Below, in pieces: positions 1 through 10,105 of a DNA stretch of 63,391 bases (within the stretch, counting starts at the first letter, position 1; every line of letters starts with the position of its first letter). The DNA is from an uncultured Pelagibacteraceae bacterium. GTDB taxonomy: Bacteria > Pseudomonadota > Alphaproteobacteria > Pelagibacterales > Pelagibacteraceae. The stretch spans positions 1-63,391 of the forward strand of contig CABXRL010000001.1 in the NCBI GenBank assembly GCA_902514605.1, written 5' to 3'. The notes under the pieces were generated by a model, which searched no databases, had not been told where the DNA came from, and worked only from the letters and a program-made list of their open reading frames with translations. Made by a program: the position numbers and the translations under genes.

Positions 1-1
1 T

Positions 2-559
2 AAGCTAATCGTAGCCACAAATAAAAATGATATACTTCACAGAGCAATCTCTGGTGGTGATTATACCCAAAGGCAGGTTGAGGAAACAAATACTCCTAGT
101 ATGGATATACAGATAGCGAGTAATTTCGAAAGGCTTTTATATGATGTAAAAGATTGTAACTCAGAGATTATAAAAGAAGTAATGAGTAAAATTAAAAGTA
201 ATTCTTTTATAATTGATAATGATGATTTAAATAAAATAAATAAAAATTTTACATCTGAAATGCTAGACGAAAATGAAACTGTTAAAATGATAAAGCAAAT
301 TAATGATGAATATCAGATAATTGTTGATCCTCATACTGCAGTTGGCATTGGGGCTGTAAAAAAATTAGGATTAGGAAATAATTGTGTAGTATTATCAACT
401 GCTCACCCATGTAAATTTCCACAAGCAATACAGGATGCAATTTCAAAAACTGAGGATTTACCAAGTAGTCTTGGTTATATCAATGGCAGAAAAGAAAAAT
501 TTGAAGTCCTTACTAATGACATTGAAAAAGTCAAAGACTATGTAATGAATTCAATATGA
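2..559 (+). CDS. thrC: threonine synthase, C-terminal part (truncated by window edge)
   Basis: Frame is open from base 2: KLIVATNKNDILHR...TPSMDIQIASNFERLL...DPHTAVG...LSTAHPCKF, typical ThrC motifs. Confidence 0.93.
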   Translation, partial: KLIVATNKNDILHRAISGGDYTQRQVEETNTPSMDIQIASNFERLLYDVKDCNSEIIKEVMSKIKSNSFIIDNDDLNKINKNFTSEMLDENETVKMIKQINDEYQIIVDPHTAVGIGAVKKLGLGNNCVVLSTAHPCKFPQAIQDAISKTEDLPSSLGYINGRKEKFEVLTNDIEKVKDYVMNSI

Positions 560-1044
560 AATTAAAAATAAAAGATCAAATACCGGATACAGAAATTTTC
601 CACCTCATTGATGGAGAGCCTCAAAAAAGTAGATTAAGAGAAATTCTTGGTAATGGTAAAATAATTTTATTTGGTCTGCCTGGTGCGTTTACTTCAACTT
701 GTTCAAAGCTTCACCTACCAGGTTTTGTAACAAATGCAGATAAAATAAAAGCAAAAGGAATACAAAATATATTTTGTTTATCAGTTAATGACCCTTACGT
801 AATGAATGGCTGGGGAGAAATTAATAATACTGGAAATAAAATAAAAATGTTATCTGATCCATATTTGTTATTCACAAAAGCAATTGGTGCAGAGATTGAT
901 CGTAATGCAAAAGGAATGGGAATCCGATCAAATCGTTATTTAATGGTGATTGAAAATTTTACAGTTGTTAATATTCACGTTGAAAAAGAAACTAAAGAAT
1001 GTGGTTTAACTTCAGCAGAGAACTTATTAAATAATCTAATCTAG
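556..1044 (+). CDS. peroxiredoxin, Prx5/redoxin family
   Basis: PGAFTSTCS peroxidatic motif, SVNDPYVM; ATGA overlap with thrC stop. Confidence 0.9.
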   Translation: MKLKIKDQIPDTEIFHLIDGEPQKSRLREILGNGKIILFGLPGAFTSTCSKLHLPGFVTNADKIKAKGIQNIFCLSVNDPYVMNGWGEINNTGNKIKMLSDPYLLFTKAIGAEIDRNAKGMGIRSNRYLMVIENFTVVNIHVEKETKECGLTSAENLLNNLI

Positions 1045-1073
1045 GTAGGGCAGTTCTGTTGCCAGGTGCTCAA

Positions 1074-1496
1074 TTATGAGTTTGCAGCTTCTTTTGCAAG
1101 CAAATCTACTTCATTATTTAATACATCAGTAGAATGTCCCTTAATCCAACTCCATTTAATTTCAAATTCATTATTTAGAAGGTCTAACTCTGTCCAAAGT
1201 TCCTTATTTCTAACTTCTTTTTTGTTTGCAGTTTTCCAGCCATTTTTTTTCCAATTGTGTATCCACTCTGTTATTCCAGACTTTACGTATTTAGAGTCGG
1301 TATAAATTTGAACTTTGCTACCTTTTGGAATTTTTTTAAGAGCTTCTATAGGCGCTAATAATTCCATTTGATTATTTGTAGTATCTTTTTTGCTTCCTTT
1401 CACCTCAGTTTTTTTTCCATTATCTAATATTATAGCTGCCCAACCACCTCTACCTGGATTTCCAATACATGATCCATCAGTGTATATTTTAATCAT
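1074..1496 (-). CDS. rnhA: ribonuclease HI
   Basis: IYTDGSCIGNPG, TTNNQMEL, YTDSKYV, WIKGH motifs. Confidence 0.96.
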   Translation of the reverse strand: MIKIYTDGSCIGNPGRGGWAAIILDNGKKTEVKGSKKDTTNNQMELLAPIEALKKIPKGSKVQIYTDSKYVKSGITEWIHNWKKNGWKTANKKEVRNKELWTELDLLNNEFEIKWSWIKGHSTDVLNNEVDLLAKEAANS

Positions 1497-1499
1497 TAA

Positions 1500-2462
1500 T
1501 TAAAAATAATCTTTATAAGTTTTTAATTTGTTATGTATTATTAACTTTTGGTAATATTCCCTAGGGTTTTTAATTTTTATGAATGCGGTTTTTGGGGTAT
1601 TTCCATAGTCGTAAAGCCTTGTAAGGAAATATCTTAATGCGGAACCTCGACATAAAATATTCAATGAATTTTTTTCTTTGCTTGAAAGCTTTCTTATTTT
1701 TTCGTACCCTTTAATTAGATTTTTTACTTTTTTCTTATTAAGAAAAAATTTTGAATTGACTTGATCAAAACACAAAGCATTTACACATATAGCTATTTCA
1801 TACATAAAATAATCATTAGCAGCAAAATAAAAATCAATTATTCCTGATAATTTGTTATTTTTAAAAAAAATGTTATCGATAAATAAATCTCCGTGAATAA
1901 TACCTTCGGGCAATTTTTTAGGCCAAATTTTATTAATATCTCGTAGGTTTATTTCTAAAAATTTATCTAAGTTCTTAAATTCTCCTGATTTAAATTTAAT
2001 CTTATTAAGTAAAGGCCTAAGTTTTTTAATACCCATTGAGTTAGTTCTAAAAAGTTTAATTTTTTTTGTATATAAGTGAATCAGAGCAGCTGTCTTTCCT
2101 ACGTCATAACAATTTTTCAAAGATAAATTTTTTTTACTTTTTCCAGTTAAAAATGAAACAATGCACGCAGTCTTGTTCTTAAGCTTAATTAAAAATTGTC
2201 CATTTTTGTTTTTTAGAGGCTTCGGACAAATTATATTAAGAGCACTTAATTGATCCATTAGCTTTATAAAAAAAGGTATCTCTTTTTTTAAAACTCTTTT
2301 TTCAAAAATTGTAAGAATAAATTTATTATTTTTTGATTTTAATAAATAATTTGTGTTCTCAATTCCTTGCTTGATACCTTTAAAATTTTTAAAATTTTCA
2401 ATATTAAATTTTTTATTGATTAAGGAAATATCCCTTTTATTAATCTTAGTATAAACGGCCAT
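1500..2462 (-). CDS. thrB: homoserine kinase, type II (APH-like)
   Basis: MAVYT start, GIENTNY, IHGDLFIDN, LRYFLTRLYD; ispH-thrB-rnhA order typical of alphaproteobacteria. Confidence 0.93.
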   Translation of the reverse strand: MAVYTKINKRDISLINKKFNIENFKNFKGIKQGIENTNYLLKSKNNKFILTIFEKRVLKKEIPFFIKLMDQLSALNIICPKPLKNKNGQFLIKLKNKTACIVSFLTGKSKKNLSLKNCYDVGKTAALIHLYTKKIKLFRTNSMGIKKLRPLLNKIKFKSGEFKNLDKFLEINLRDINKIWPKKLPEGIIHGDLFIDNIFFKNNKLSGIIDFYFAANDYFMYEIAICVNALCFDQVNSKFFLNKKKVKNLIKGYEKIRKLSSKEKNSLNILCRGSALRYFLTRLYDYGNTPKTAFIKIKNPREYYQKLIIHNKLKTYKDYF

Positions 2463-3407
2463 TTAATTTAATTTTTTAGGAATTTTAAAAACAACATCTT
2501 CTTTAATAATTTCAACCTCATCGACTGAAACCGTAAATTCTTTTCTCAAATTTTTTATGAAATCTTCTACTAATATTTCGGGCGCAGATGCACCTGAGGA
2601 AATACCTATGGTATTTGAATTTTTAATTAAGTCATATGGTATTTCACTTTGTGAGTGAATTAATAACGCATTGTCACAACCAGCCTTTTTAGCTACTTCA
2701 ACTAATCTCACTGAATTTGAGGAATTTCTACTCCCTATAACAAAGAATAAATCACATTTTTTTGCAATATTTTTTACTGCCATTTGTCTATTTGTTGTTG
2801 CATAACAGATATCTTCTTTATGTGGCTCTTTTATCTTTGGAAATCTCTCCTTTAAAATGTTTATAATATCTTTGGTGTCGTCAACAGATAAAGTAGTTTG
2901 AGTAACAAAAGCTAAATTTTTTTCATTATTAAATTTGAAATTTTTTGCCTCATTTTCATTTTGAATTAAGTCAATTGATCCTAAGGGTAATTGACCCATT
3001 GTACCAACAACCTCTGGATGATTTTGATGACCAATTAAAATTAAATGGTAACCAGATTTAAAAAGATTTTCGGCTTCTCTATGAACTTTCGAAACAAGTG
3101 GACAAGTTGCATCAATGTATGTCATTTTGTAATTTTCAGCATCTAAAGGAATTTTTTTTGGAACTCCATGGGCTGAAAAGATAACAGGTCTTGTCTTATC
3201 TTCAATCTCTTCAAGTTCTTCTACAAATATTGCACCCTTTTTTTTTAAATCGTCCACAACAAATTTATTATGAACTATTTCATGTCGAACATAAACTGGT
3301 GCTCCATATTTAATTAAAGTTTTTTCCACAATTTCAATCGCTCTTTCAACACCAGCACAAAAACCTCGAGGCGCAGATAGCAAAATTTTAATCTCTTTAT
3401 TTTTCAT
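2463..3407 (-). CDS. ispH: 4-hydroxy-3-methylbut-2-enyl diphosphate reductase
   Basis: PRGFCAGVERAI, DATCPLV, DICYATTNRQ, SSNS, GASAPE; ATG at 3407 preferred to TTG at 3416. Confidence 0.96.
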   Translation of the reverse strand: MKNKEIKILLSAPRGFCAGVERAIEIVEKTLIKYGAPVYVRHEIVHNKFVVDDLKKKGAIFVEELEEIEDKTRPVIFSAHGVPKKIPLDAENYKMTYIDATCPLVSKVHREAENLFKSGYHLILIGHQNHPEVVGTMGQLPLGSIDLIQNENEAKNFKFNNEKNLAFVTQTTLSVDDTKDIINILKERFPKIKEPHKEDICYATTNRQMAVKNIAKKCDLFFVIGSRNSSNSVRLVEVAKKAGCDNALLIHSQSEIPYDLIKNSNTIGISSGASAPEILVEDFIKNLRKEFTVSVDEVEIIKEDVVFKIPKKLN

Positions 3408-4332
3408 TTTTTTCAATTAAATATTCGAGCAATATATGCGGAAAGGTTAGAGATGCCAAACCTATAAATATTAATTTTAAAATTGAACTATCAAAACCAT
3501 AATTTTTATTTAAGAAATACATCCCTATTAAACAGAAAATAGCAGTGAGAATTGTTAGAGGAAGTGCTTTTTTAAAAAAAATTAAGAGACCATTTTTTAG
3601 ATTGTTCTGGTCAAGCTCAATCATTAACGAAATACTATGTCGAATTGAATGCAAAAAACAAAAATAAATTGTAAATGCTATTAAAGGTGTAAAATAGTAA
3701 TTTAAAATGATTATCGAAAAATAATCTAAAAATATTGTAAATTTCTTTAACTCAAAATTTTTCATAAATAAAAAAATACTAGATAAAGTACTAATAATAA
3801 TTCCAATATTTAAAAGTTTATTATTTTCAATGAAAGCTAAACTTGAATAAAAAGTTTCATTTTTAATTAATAATAATTTGAAAATAGAAATAGTTTCATC
3901 AAAATGAAAAAGTAATGGTGCTAAAATAATTAAACTACCTTTAAATAAAAATAGCAATTGATTGGCATATGTATTTTCATTAACTAAAAATTGAGTATCT
4001 TCTTTTCCAAAATGATAAGAGGCGACAATTAAAAAAATTATTAAAGCTGTAGATGGAAATAAAATCCAAAATATGGTTATTGAAATAGCTAATAAAAGAT
4101 ATGTAAAATAAAATATTGAAATATTATTTAAATTAAAAGTTTTAAGAAGTTTTTTACCCTTTATATGATCTAAAGAACCATGAGATACTCCAATCACGAG
4201 AATAAGTAATAAACAAATTAATGGAGATATAATTGAAATATCGATTTTAAAAAATACTAATGAAAAAATATTGCAAAATAAAAAAAATATAAAAGAATGA
4301 TTAAAGAAAATTTTTTTGATTTTAACGTTCAT
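3397..4332 (-). CDS. blh: beta-carotene 15,15'-dioxygenase (Brp/Blh family)
   Basis: Multi-TM protein with His motifs GVSHGSLDH, YHFG, FCFLHSIRH, LTFPH; directly downstream of crtY. Confidence 0.92.
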   Translation of the reverse strand: MNVKIKKIFFNHSFIFFLFCNIFSLVFFKIDISIISPLICLLLILVIGVSHGSLDHIKGKKLLKTFNLNNISIFYFTYLLLAISITIFWILFPSTALIIFLIVASYHFGKEDTQFLVNENTYANQLLFLFKGSLIILAPLLFHFDETISIFKLLLIKNETFYSSLAFIENNKLLNIGIIISTLSSIFLFMKNFELKKFTIFLDYFSIIILNYYFTPLIAFTIYFCFLHSIRHSISLMIELDQNNLKNGLLIFFKKALPLTILTAIFCLIGMYFLNKNYGFDSSILKLIFIGLASLTFPHILLEYLIEKNEK

Positions 4333-4338
4333 TATTCA

Positions 4339-5406
4339 TTAGTAAAACAAAGCTTTTATAAAAGTCAACTTTGGCATTTTTAGAATTATATTAAAATCAT
4401 CCCAAAAATTACTTTTGTTTGATAAAAATTTTATAACAGTCTTTGGTGACGCCTCAAACATGTTAAAGAATATATCTGACATTTTGTCAGGATGTCTGTT
4501 AAGGACGCGCAAAAATATATCATCTAAAAATTTATATTTTCTACTGATTTGAAAACTCTTAGAATTAGAAATATTCTCAATATTTTCTCTGATGTATTTA
4601 CTGTGTTCCTGAATGTTCAAGAAAGTATAACCAGTGCTTAATCTTGTCATGCCTCCTGCAGTTCCAATGTTTATTTTATTTTTTTCTTTTTCGTATACTG
4701 GATAAAATAGTGGGATAGCACCTTGTTCCTTATAGGCAATTTTGTAATCTTTAATTTTTAAATGCTTATTAATATAATCTTTAATTTGTTGGTCATAATC
4801 TTTTTGAGAATTATCGTTCATTCTGGATAGCCAAGTTGTCTCAACTAAAGCTTTATTTTTGGAATAGGGAAGCGTATAAAAAAAATGTACACTTTCCCTT
4901 TGTTCACAGTCAAAATCCATAAGATTAAAAATTTCTTCATCAAAAAAGTTTTTTTTTGTCTCAATTTCTACACCACAAAAATGTTGCCAAAGATTAGAAT
5001 GTTTTTTTTTAATATTTGGAACACTATTAAAAACGAACGAATTTTGAGTATTTATTTCTTTTATGTTTTTGAAGAAATAAATATTTTTATTTTCTTTTAA
5101 TTTTTTATTTATTTTTTCATAAAATAAGCCGCTATCTATACTTTGATATGGGGTATTTTTACACTCAAGATGATTTGTTTTACCTGGAATATTAATTGAA
5201 AAATGTTCCCAACTTTTTTTAACACAATCATCAAAATTGTGTGGACTCACTTTCCAGAAAGACCAAGTTTTATCTCTTTTATATTCTGCTCTTGGTTCAA
5301 CAATAGCCAAGGTTTTATCTTTTAATATCTCATGTACTTCTAACTCATAAGCGAGTGATAAACCGGCACAACCGCCCCCAATAATGATATAGTCAAATTC
5401 TCTCAT
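4339..5406 (-). CDS. crtY: lycopene beta-cyclase
   Basis: IIGGGCAGLSLA FAD motif, DKTWSFW, LMDF, FFYTLPYS, GTAGG..STGY. Confidence 0.9.
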   Translation of the reverse strand: MREFDYIIIGGGCAGLSLAYELEVHEILKDKTLAIVEPRAEYKRDKTWSFWKVSPHNFDDCVKKSWEHFSINIPGKTNHLECKNTPYQSIDSGLFYEKINKKLKENKNIYFFKNIKEINTQNSFVFNSVPNIKKKHSNLWQHFCGVEIETKKNFFDEEIFNLMDFDCEQRESVHFFYTLPYSKNKALVETTWLSRMNDNSQKDYDQQIKDYINKHLKIKDYKIAYKEQGAIPLFYPVYEKEKNKINIGTAGGMTRLSTGYTFLNIQEHSKYIRENIENISNSKSFQISRKYKFLDDIFLRVLNRHPDKMSDIFFNMFEASPKTVIKFLSNKSNFWDDFNIILKMPKLTFIKALFY

Positions 5407-6244
5407 TTAAATTAATCACCTCATTAATCAATATATGATCGTGTATGATTTGCTCATCTTTTCTATGTATCAATGACAGTTTAATAAAGTCTAAAATTGA
5501 AAGAAAAGTCTCAAGTGTTTTTTCTAAATTTGAAACATATATCTTTCCCGCATTTCGATAGCTTTTTAAGTTTTTTTTATCTAATATTTTGTAACCAATT
5601 TTTCTATAAATTCTTCTTGCAACTAAAATAGAAAAACGAAAACTAAATGGTATATCCCTAATAGAATAAAATGAATTTTTGTAAAAAGTATCAGCAAGAT
5701 TGACAGTCGATGAAATTTTTTCAAAATCTTCATCTATATAAAAACGTTTATTTTTTGAGTCCTCAATTACATCTCTAGATATATTAGTAAGCTGCATTGC
5801 AATCCCAAGATCAATAGCTGACTTAAGCGAACTTTTTTTACTGACTTTTAAAATCTTTGCCATCATTAATCCAACAGTCCCAGCTACTCTATATGAGTAA
5901 ATTAGCAAATCTTTTTTTGAATTTAATTTAACTTTATCTTTGATATCTGATTTAATTCCAATCAATAAATCCTGTACAATTTTTAAGGATATATTGAATT
6001 CCTCAATGAGATCCCACATATTTTTGATTACTGGATCATCTAGTTTTTTTTGGTTAAAATCATCCTCAAATTGATTGAATTTCCTCTCTTTATTTTCTAA
6101 TTCTTCATGATCATCTGCAATGTTATCTGCAACTCTACAAAAATCATATAAAGCTGAACATTTTTTCAATGTCTTTTTTGGTAAAAAAAACCCCGCCCAG
6201 CTGAATGATTTAGCATAAACAGACAAATAACTCTTTTGAGACAT
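5393..6244 (-). CDS. crtB: phytoene synthase
   Basis: AKSFSWA, LYDFCRVADNIADD, YSYRVAGTVG, LGIAMQLTNISRDVIED. Confidence 0.94.
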   Translation of the reverse strand: MSQKSYLSVYAKSFSWAGFFLPKKTLKKCSALYDFCRVADNIADDHEELENKERKFNQFEDDFNQKKLDDPVIKNMWDLIEEFNISLKIVQDLLIGIKSDIKDKVKLNSKKDLLIYSYRVAGTVGLMMAKILKVSKKSSLKSAIDLGIAMQLTNISRDVIEDSKNKRFYIDEDFEKISSTVNLADTFYKNSFYSIRDIPFSFRFSILVARRIYRKIGYKILDKKNLKSYRNAGKIYVSNLEKTLETFLSILDFIKLSLIHRKDEQIIHDHILINEVINLNERI

Positions 6245-7704
6245 TATAAAATTTTATCTAATATTTTTGCAGATGAAAGAACTCCCGGCACCCCAGCCCC
6301 TGGGTGAGTTCCCGCTCCTACAAAATAAAGTCCATCGTATATCTCAGATTTATTGTGAAATCTAAAATAAGCTGACTGAGAAAATTTTGGCTGTATTGAG
6401 AAACCCGAACCATGTTTGGTATTTAAATCCTTTTCAAAGTAATCTGGTGTTAAATAAAAATCTTCTACAATGTTTTTTCTAAGATTTGGCATCAAATCTT
6501 TTTCCATTTTATCTATTACCAAATTTTTCATTTTTTCTCCTTCAACAGACCAATTAATCTTTGATTGATTATTTGGAACTGGGACCAACACATAAAAACA
6601 ATCCTTACCTGGAGGAGCCATAGATTTATCTGTTGCAGATGGTCTATGTAGATAATAACTAATATCTTCATTTAATTTTTTATTATTGAAAATGTCATTT
6701 AAATGTTCTTTGTATTTGTTACCAAATTTAATTGTGTGATGTTCTACATTTTCATATTTTTCTTTTGTACCAAAATAGTAAACAAATAATCCCATCGAAT
6801 ATTCCATTCGTCTCTTTTTCCACTTAAAAAGAAATGAGTTACTAGTATTTCCATTTAACATTTTTTCATAAACTGCAGGCGGGTCTGCGTTACAGACGAC
6901 ATTGTCAGATTTTATTATGGTTTGATTATCTAATTCAATACCAGTAATTTTTTTTTTGTTAGTAATAATTTTTTTGACCTCTCGCCCTCTTATTATCTTG
7001 ATTCCAACTTCGTCCATTAATTTCTCAAAACCTTTAATGATATTTCCAGTTCCACCTATGGAGTAATGAATCCCCCATTTTTTTTCTAAATATAAAATTA
7101 ATCCATAAATTGATGTGGTTGTAAAAGGATTACCACCAACTAATAGAGGATGCATACTTAACATTCTTCTTAATTTTTCATTTTTTATATAAGAGGAAAC
7201 TAATGAGTAAACCGATTTATAACTTTTTAATTTTAAAAGAGCTGGCAATTGTTGCATCATTACGAATGGTCTATCAAATGGAACATCGGCAAGCTCTGTG
7301 AAACCTTTGTCAAAAATTTTTTTTGTGAAATTTACCAATTTCTCGTAACCTAATACATCTTCTCGATTAATTTTCTCAATTTGTTTTTTCATATCTTCTT
7401 CATCTCCAGAGTAATTAAATCGAGTTTTATCCTCGAAGATAAATTGGTACCAAATCTTTAATGGAGTGAGCTCTAAGTAATCTTTTGGTTTTTTTTTAAA
7501 TAATTCAAATAACTCATTAATTAAATGTGGTGCAGTAATTACTGTTGGACCACCATCATATATAAAACCATTTTTTTTAAAAACCCTGGCTCTTCCACCA
7601 AGATCAGGGTGTTTTTCAATTAAAGTTACATCGTTACCTTTTGCTTTAATTCGAAGTGCGGCAGCTATTCCCCCAAAACCAGAACCAATTACAATAGAAT
7701 TCAT
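6244..7704 (-). CDS. crtI: phytoene desaturase
   Basis: VIGSGFGG, GGRAR, DGGPTVIT, LYFVGAGTHPGAGVPGVLSSA. Confidence 0.95.
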   Translation of the reverse strand: MNSIVIGSGFGGIAAALRIKAKGNDVTLIEKHPDLGGRARVFKKNGFIYDGGPTVITAPHLINELFELFKKKPKDYLELTPLKIWYQFIFEDKTRFNYSGDEEDMKKQIEKINREDVLGYEKLVNFTKKIFDKGFTELADVPFDRPFVMMQQLPALLKLKSYKSVYSLVSSYIKNEKLRRMLSMHPLLVGGNPFTTTSIYGLILYLEKKWGIHYSIGGTGNIIKGFEKLMDEVGIKIIRGREVKKIITNKKKITGIELDNQTIIKSDNVVCNADPPAVYEKMLNGNTSNSFLFKWKKRRMEYSMGLFVYYFGTKEKYENVEHHTIKFGNKYKEHLNDIFNNKKLNEDISYYLHRPSATDKSMAPPGKDCFYVLVPVPNNQSKINWSVEGEKMKNLVIDKMEKDLMPNLRKNIVEDFYLTPDYFEKDLNTKHGSGFSIQPKFSQSAYFRFHNKSEIYDGLYFVGAGTHPGAGVPGVLSSAKILDKIL

Positions 7705-7743
7705 TCTAATAATTTATATTTTTTTTTAAAAAATGTAAGAAGA

Positions 7744-8241
7744 TTATAAATTAATTTTTTTTAACTCTGCTTTAGTTTCATCCAAATTTTTCTCGAACAA
7801 GCTGTCCAATTTAGATTTATCTACAGAAGTAGTAATTATTTTTTTTACAGAGTCCACGGCAATTTTTACAGAAGCATTCTTAATTTCTTTTATTGCTGAG
7901 TCTTTCATCTGAGCAATTTTTGTTTGAACTGAATTTTTCTTGATTTCTGAAGATTTATGAAACTTATCATTTAATTCTATTATTAGTCTATCACTATCTT
8001 TTTTTGCTTGATCTAAAATCTCCTCGTTTATTGACTGAGCAGTATTAAGCTTATTTTGAGCATTATCTAATAATATCTTAGCCTCAGCTCTTAATTTTTC
8101 GCTTTCATCAATCTCATTTTTGATATCCAAAATAAGTTTGTTGAGGATGTCATTTATTTTTTGGGGCACTCTTAAATATATAAGTCCGCCAAAAAATATA
8201 ACAAATGAAACAGCCACCCAAAATGTTGCATCAAGAGCCAT
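7744..8241 (-). CDS. atpF: ATP synthase F0 subunit b
   Basis: MALDATFWVAVSF N-terminal TM followed by coiled coil; ATG at 8241 overlaps the end of b'. Confidence 0.9.
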   Translation of the reverse strand: MALDATFWVAVSFVIFFGGLIYLRVPQKINDILNKLILDIKNEIDESEKLRAEAKILLDNAQNKLNTAQSINEEILDQAKKDSDRLIIELNDKFHKSSEIKKNSVQTKIAQMKDSAIKEIKNASVKIAVDSVKKIITTSVDKSKLDSLFEKNLDETKAELKKINL

Positions 8242-8821
8242 AGTATTTGTCCTTATTTTTTTTTGAAAGATCATCAACGATTGCGGAGATACTGCTATTA
8301 TTAATTTCTGTTCCAATTAATTTTTTTAAAAGATCCGAAGACGTTTCTATTGCAATTTTGTTAATTTTTTCAGCAGCAACTTTTCTTAATGCTTCTATTT
8401 CTTGTTCAGCATTACTAATTTCATCGTCTATTTGTTTATCTAAAATTTCTTTTTTAGAATTAATATCTTTAATTATTTTTTCCCTAGCGTTTTTAAAAAT
8501 ATTTTTTGCTTCTATCTTACTTTTTAGAATTATTTCATCATATTCTTTTAACTTAATCTCACTACTTTCTCTCTGCTTTTCAGCGGCTTCAATATTTTCT
8601 TGTATTTTAGATTTTCGGAGCTCCAGATTTGAACTAATTTTTGGTAAAATAAATTTTGATAAAGCTAAGTATAAAACACCAAAAGTAATCGTGAGCCAAA
8701 ATATCTGTGAAATCCAAAATTCAGGATCAAGTTGAGGCATACCTCCACTTTCAGCTGAAAAAACTTCCTTTAAAAAAAAGAAATTGAAAAATATCGACTG
8801 AAAAAATATTTTTTTAATCAT
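8231..8821 (-). CDS. atpG: ATP synthase F0 subunit b'
   Basis: GGMPQLD...SQIFWL signature of alphaproteobacterial b'; ATG at 8821, just after the atpE stop. Confidence 0.88.
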   Translation of the reverse strand: MIKKIFFQSIFFNFFFLKEVFSAESGGMPQLDPEFWISQIFWLTITFGVLYLALSKFILPKISSNLELRKSKIQENIEAAEKQRESSEIKLKEYDEIILKSKIEAKNIFKNAREKIIKDINSKKEILDKQIDDEISNAEQEIEALRKVAAEKINKIAIETSSDLLKKLIGTEINNSSISAIVDDLSKKNKDKYYGS

Positions 8822-8825
8822 TAAT

Positions 8826-9053
8826 TTAAAATGCAAATAAAATGATTAACGCAACTACCAATCCAAATAATCCTGTAGCTTCTGCAAGCGCAAAACCTAA
8901 AAGTAAATTAGGGAATTGTTTTTGAGCGGCAGATGGATTCCTCATTGCTCCTGATAAATAATTACCAAAAATTATTCCAATACCAACTCCAGCTCCAGCT
9001 AATGCGATTGCTGCTAGACCTGCTCCTATCATTTTTGCTGCTTCTAGTTCCAT
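8826..9053 (-). CDS. atpE: ATP synthase F0 subunit c
   Basis: GAGVGIG, MRNP, GFALAEA with the proton-carrying Glu. Confidence 0.98.
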   Translation of the reverse strand: MELEAAKMIGAGLAAIALAGAGVGIGIIFGNYLSGAMRNPSAAQKQFPNLLLGFALAEATGLFGLVVALIILFAF

Positions 9054-9071
9054 TATATCCTCCTATGTTAA

Positions 9072-9806
9072 TTAATGGTGTAAATTTAATGCATCATTCA
9101 AATAAATGCATGTTAAAATTGCAAAAACATATGCTTGAAGAAAAGCAACTAAGATCTCCAAACCAGTTAATGCAACCGAAAAACTCAGTGGAAGCCATCC
9201 ACCAACAATTCCAAGGCTTACCACAAAGCCTCCGAAAACTTTCATCATAGTATGACCTGCCATCATATTAGCAAATAATCTAACTGATAAACTAATGGGT
9301 CTACTTAAATAAGAAATAATCTCAATAACAATTATTAAAGGAAGTAATACAATTGGTACCCCACTTGGCACGAAAAGTTTTAAATATCCCAAACCGTGTT
9401 TAATAAAGCCGATAATTGTTACACCAATAAAAATGAACGCTGCAAGCATAAAAGTTACAATAATGTGGCTGGTAACTGTAAATGTATAGGGGATCATTCC
9501 AAACATATTACAAAAAAGCACAAACATAAATAATGAAAATATAAAAGCAAAATAAGGTCTAGCTTTCGAACCAGCAGTATCGCTAATCATTTTTGCTACA
9601 AAGGAATAACTTAGTTCAGCTAGAAGTTGAATTTTGCTTGGTATGACAGATTTTTTTGTAGAACCAAAATTAAAAATTAAAAGTATTGCTAATGAACTAA
9701 TAATCATAAATAAACTTGCATTTGTGAAAGAAATGTCAAAGGTTCCTACTTTTATTTCAGGACCAATTCTGTATACCTCAAATTGGGTCATTGGGTTTGC
9801 TGCCAT
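9072..9806 (-). CDS. atpB: ATP synthase F0 subunit a
   Basis: RPISLSVRLFANMMAGH, LQAYVFAILTCIYL. Confidence 0.98.
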   Translation of the reverse strand: MAANPMTQFEVYRIGPEIKVGTFDISFTNASLFMIISSLAILLIFNFGSTKKSVIPSKIQLLAELSYSFVAKMISDTAGSKARPYFAFIFSLFMFVLFCNMFGMIPYTFTVTSHIIVTFMLAAFIFIGVTIIGFIKHGLGYLKLFVPSGVPIVLLPLIIVIEIISYLSRPISLSVRLFANMMAGHTMMKVFGGFVVSLGIVGGWLPLSFSVALTGLEILVAFLQAYVFAILTCIYLNDALNLHH

Positions 9807-9816
9807 AAATTTCTTC

Positions 9817-10092
9817 CTACTTTTGCATATTTTTTGCAGATTTAATTACATTAGCTATTCCAGCAATTACCCCTACAAAAAAAAATATTAAAATTAACCA
9901 TGGTTTAGTACCAAAGGTCTTATCTAAAATAAACCCAATAATTGTCCCTACAGCAACTGCGGACACTAGTTCTGTACTCAGCTTGAAAGCATTACCAATA
10001 GGGGATGGATTATAATTTTTCTTAGCCAAGTTTCTTTTATCTACTTTTTTTTTTGCAATCTCTAAGCGAGTTTTAAAAGGATCCTTGGACAT
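9817..10092 (-). CDS. atpI: ATP synthase protein I (AtpZ/AtpI family)
   Basis: ELVSAVAVGTIIGFILD..FGTKPW motif; first gene of the F0 operon. Confidence 0.88.
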   Translation of the reverse strand: MSKDPFKTRLEIAKKKVDKRNLAKKNYNPSPIGNAFKLSTELVSAVAVGTIIGFILDKTFGTKPWLILIFFFVGVIAGIANVIKSAKNMQK

Positions 10093-10105
10093 TTAGATTA
10101 TTTGA

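Noticed and set aside
1048-1066. Short GC-rich hairpin GGCAG-TTCTG-TTGCC between convergent prx and rnhA
   Set aside because: Only a 5-bp stem with a G-U pair and no U-tract; too weak to call a terminator
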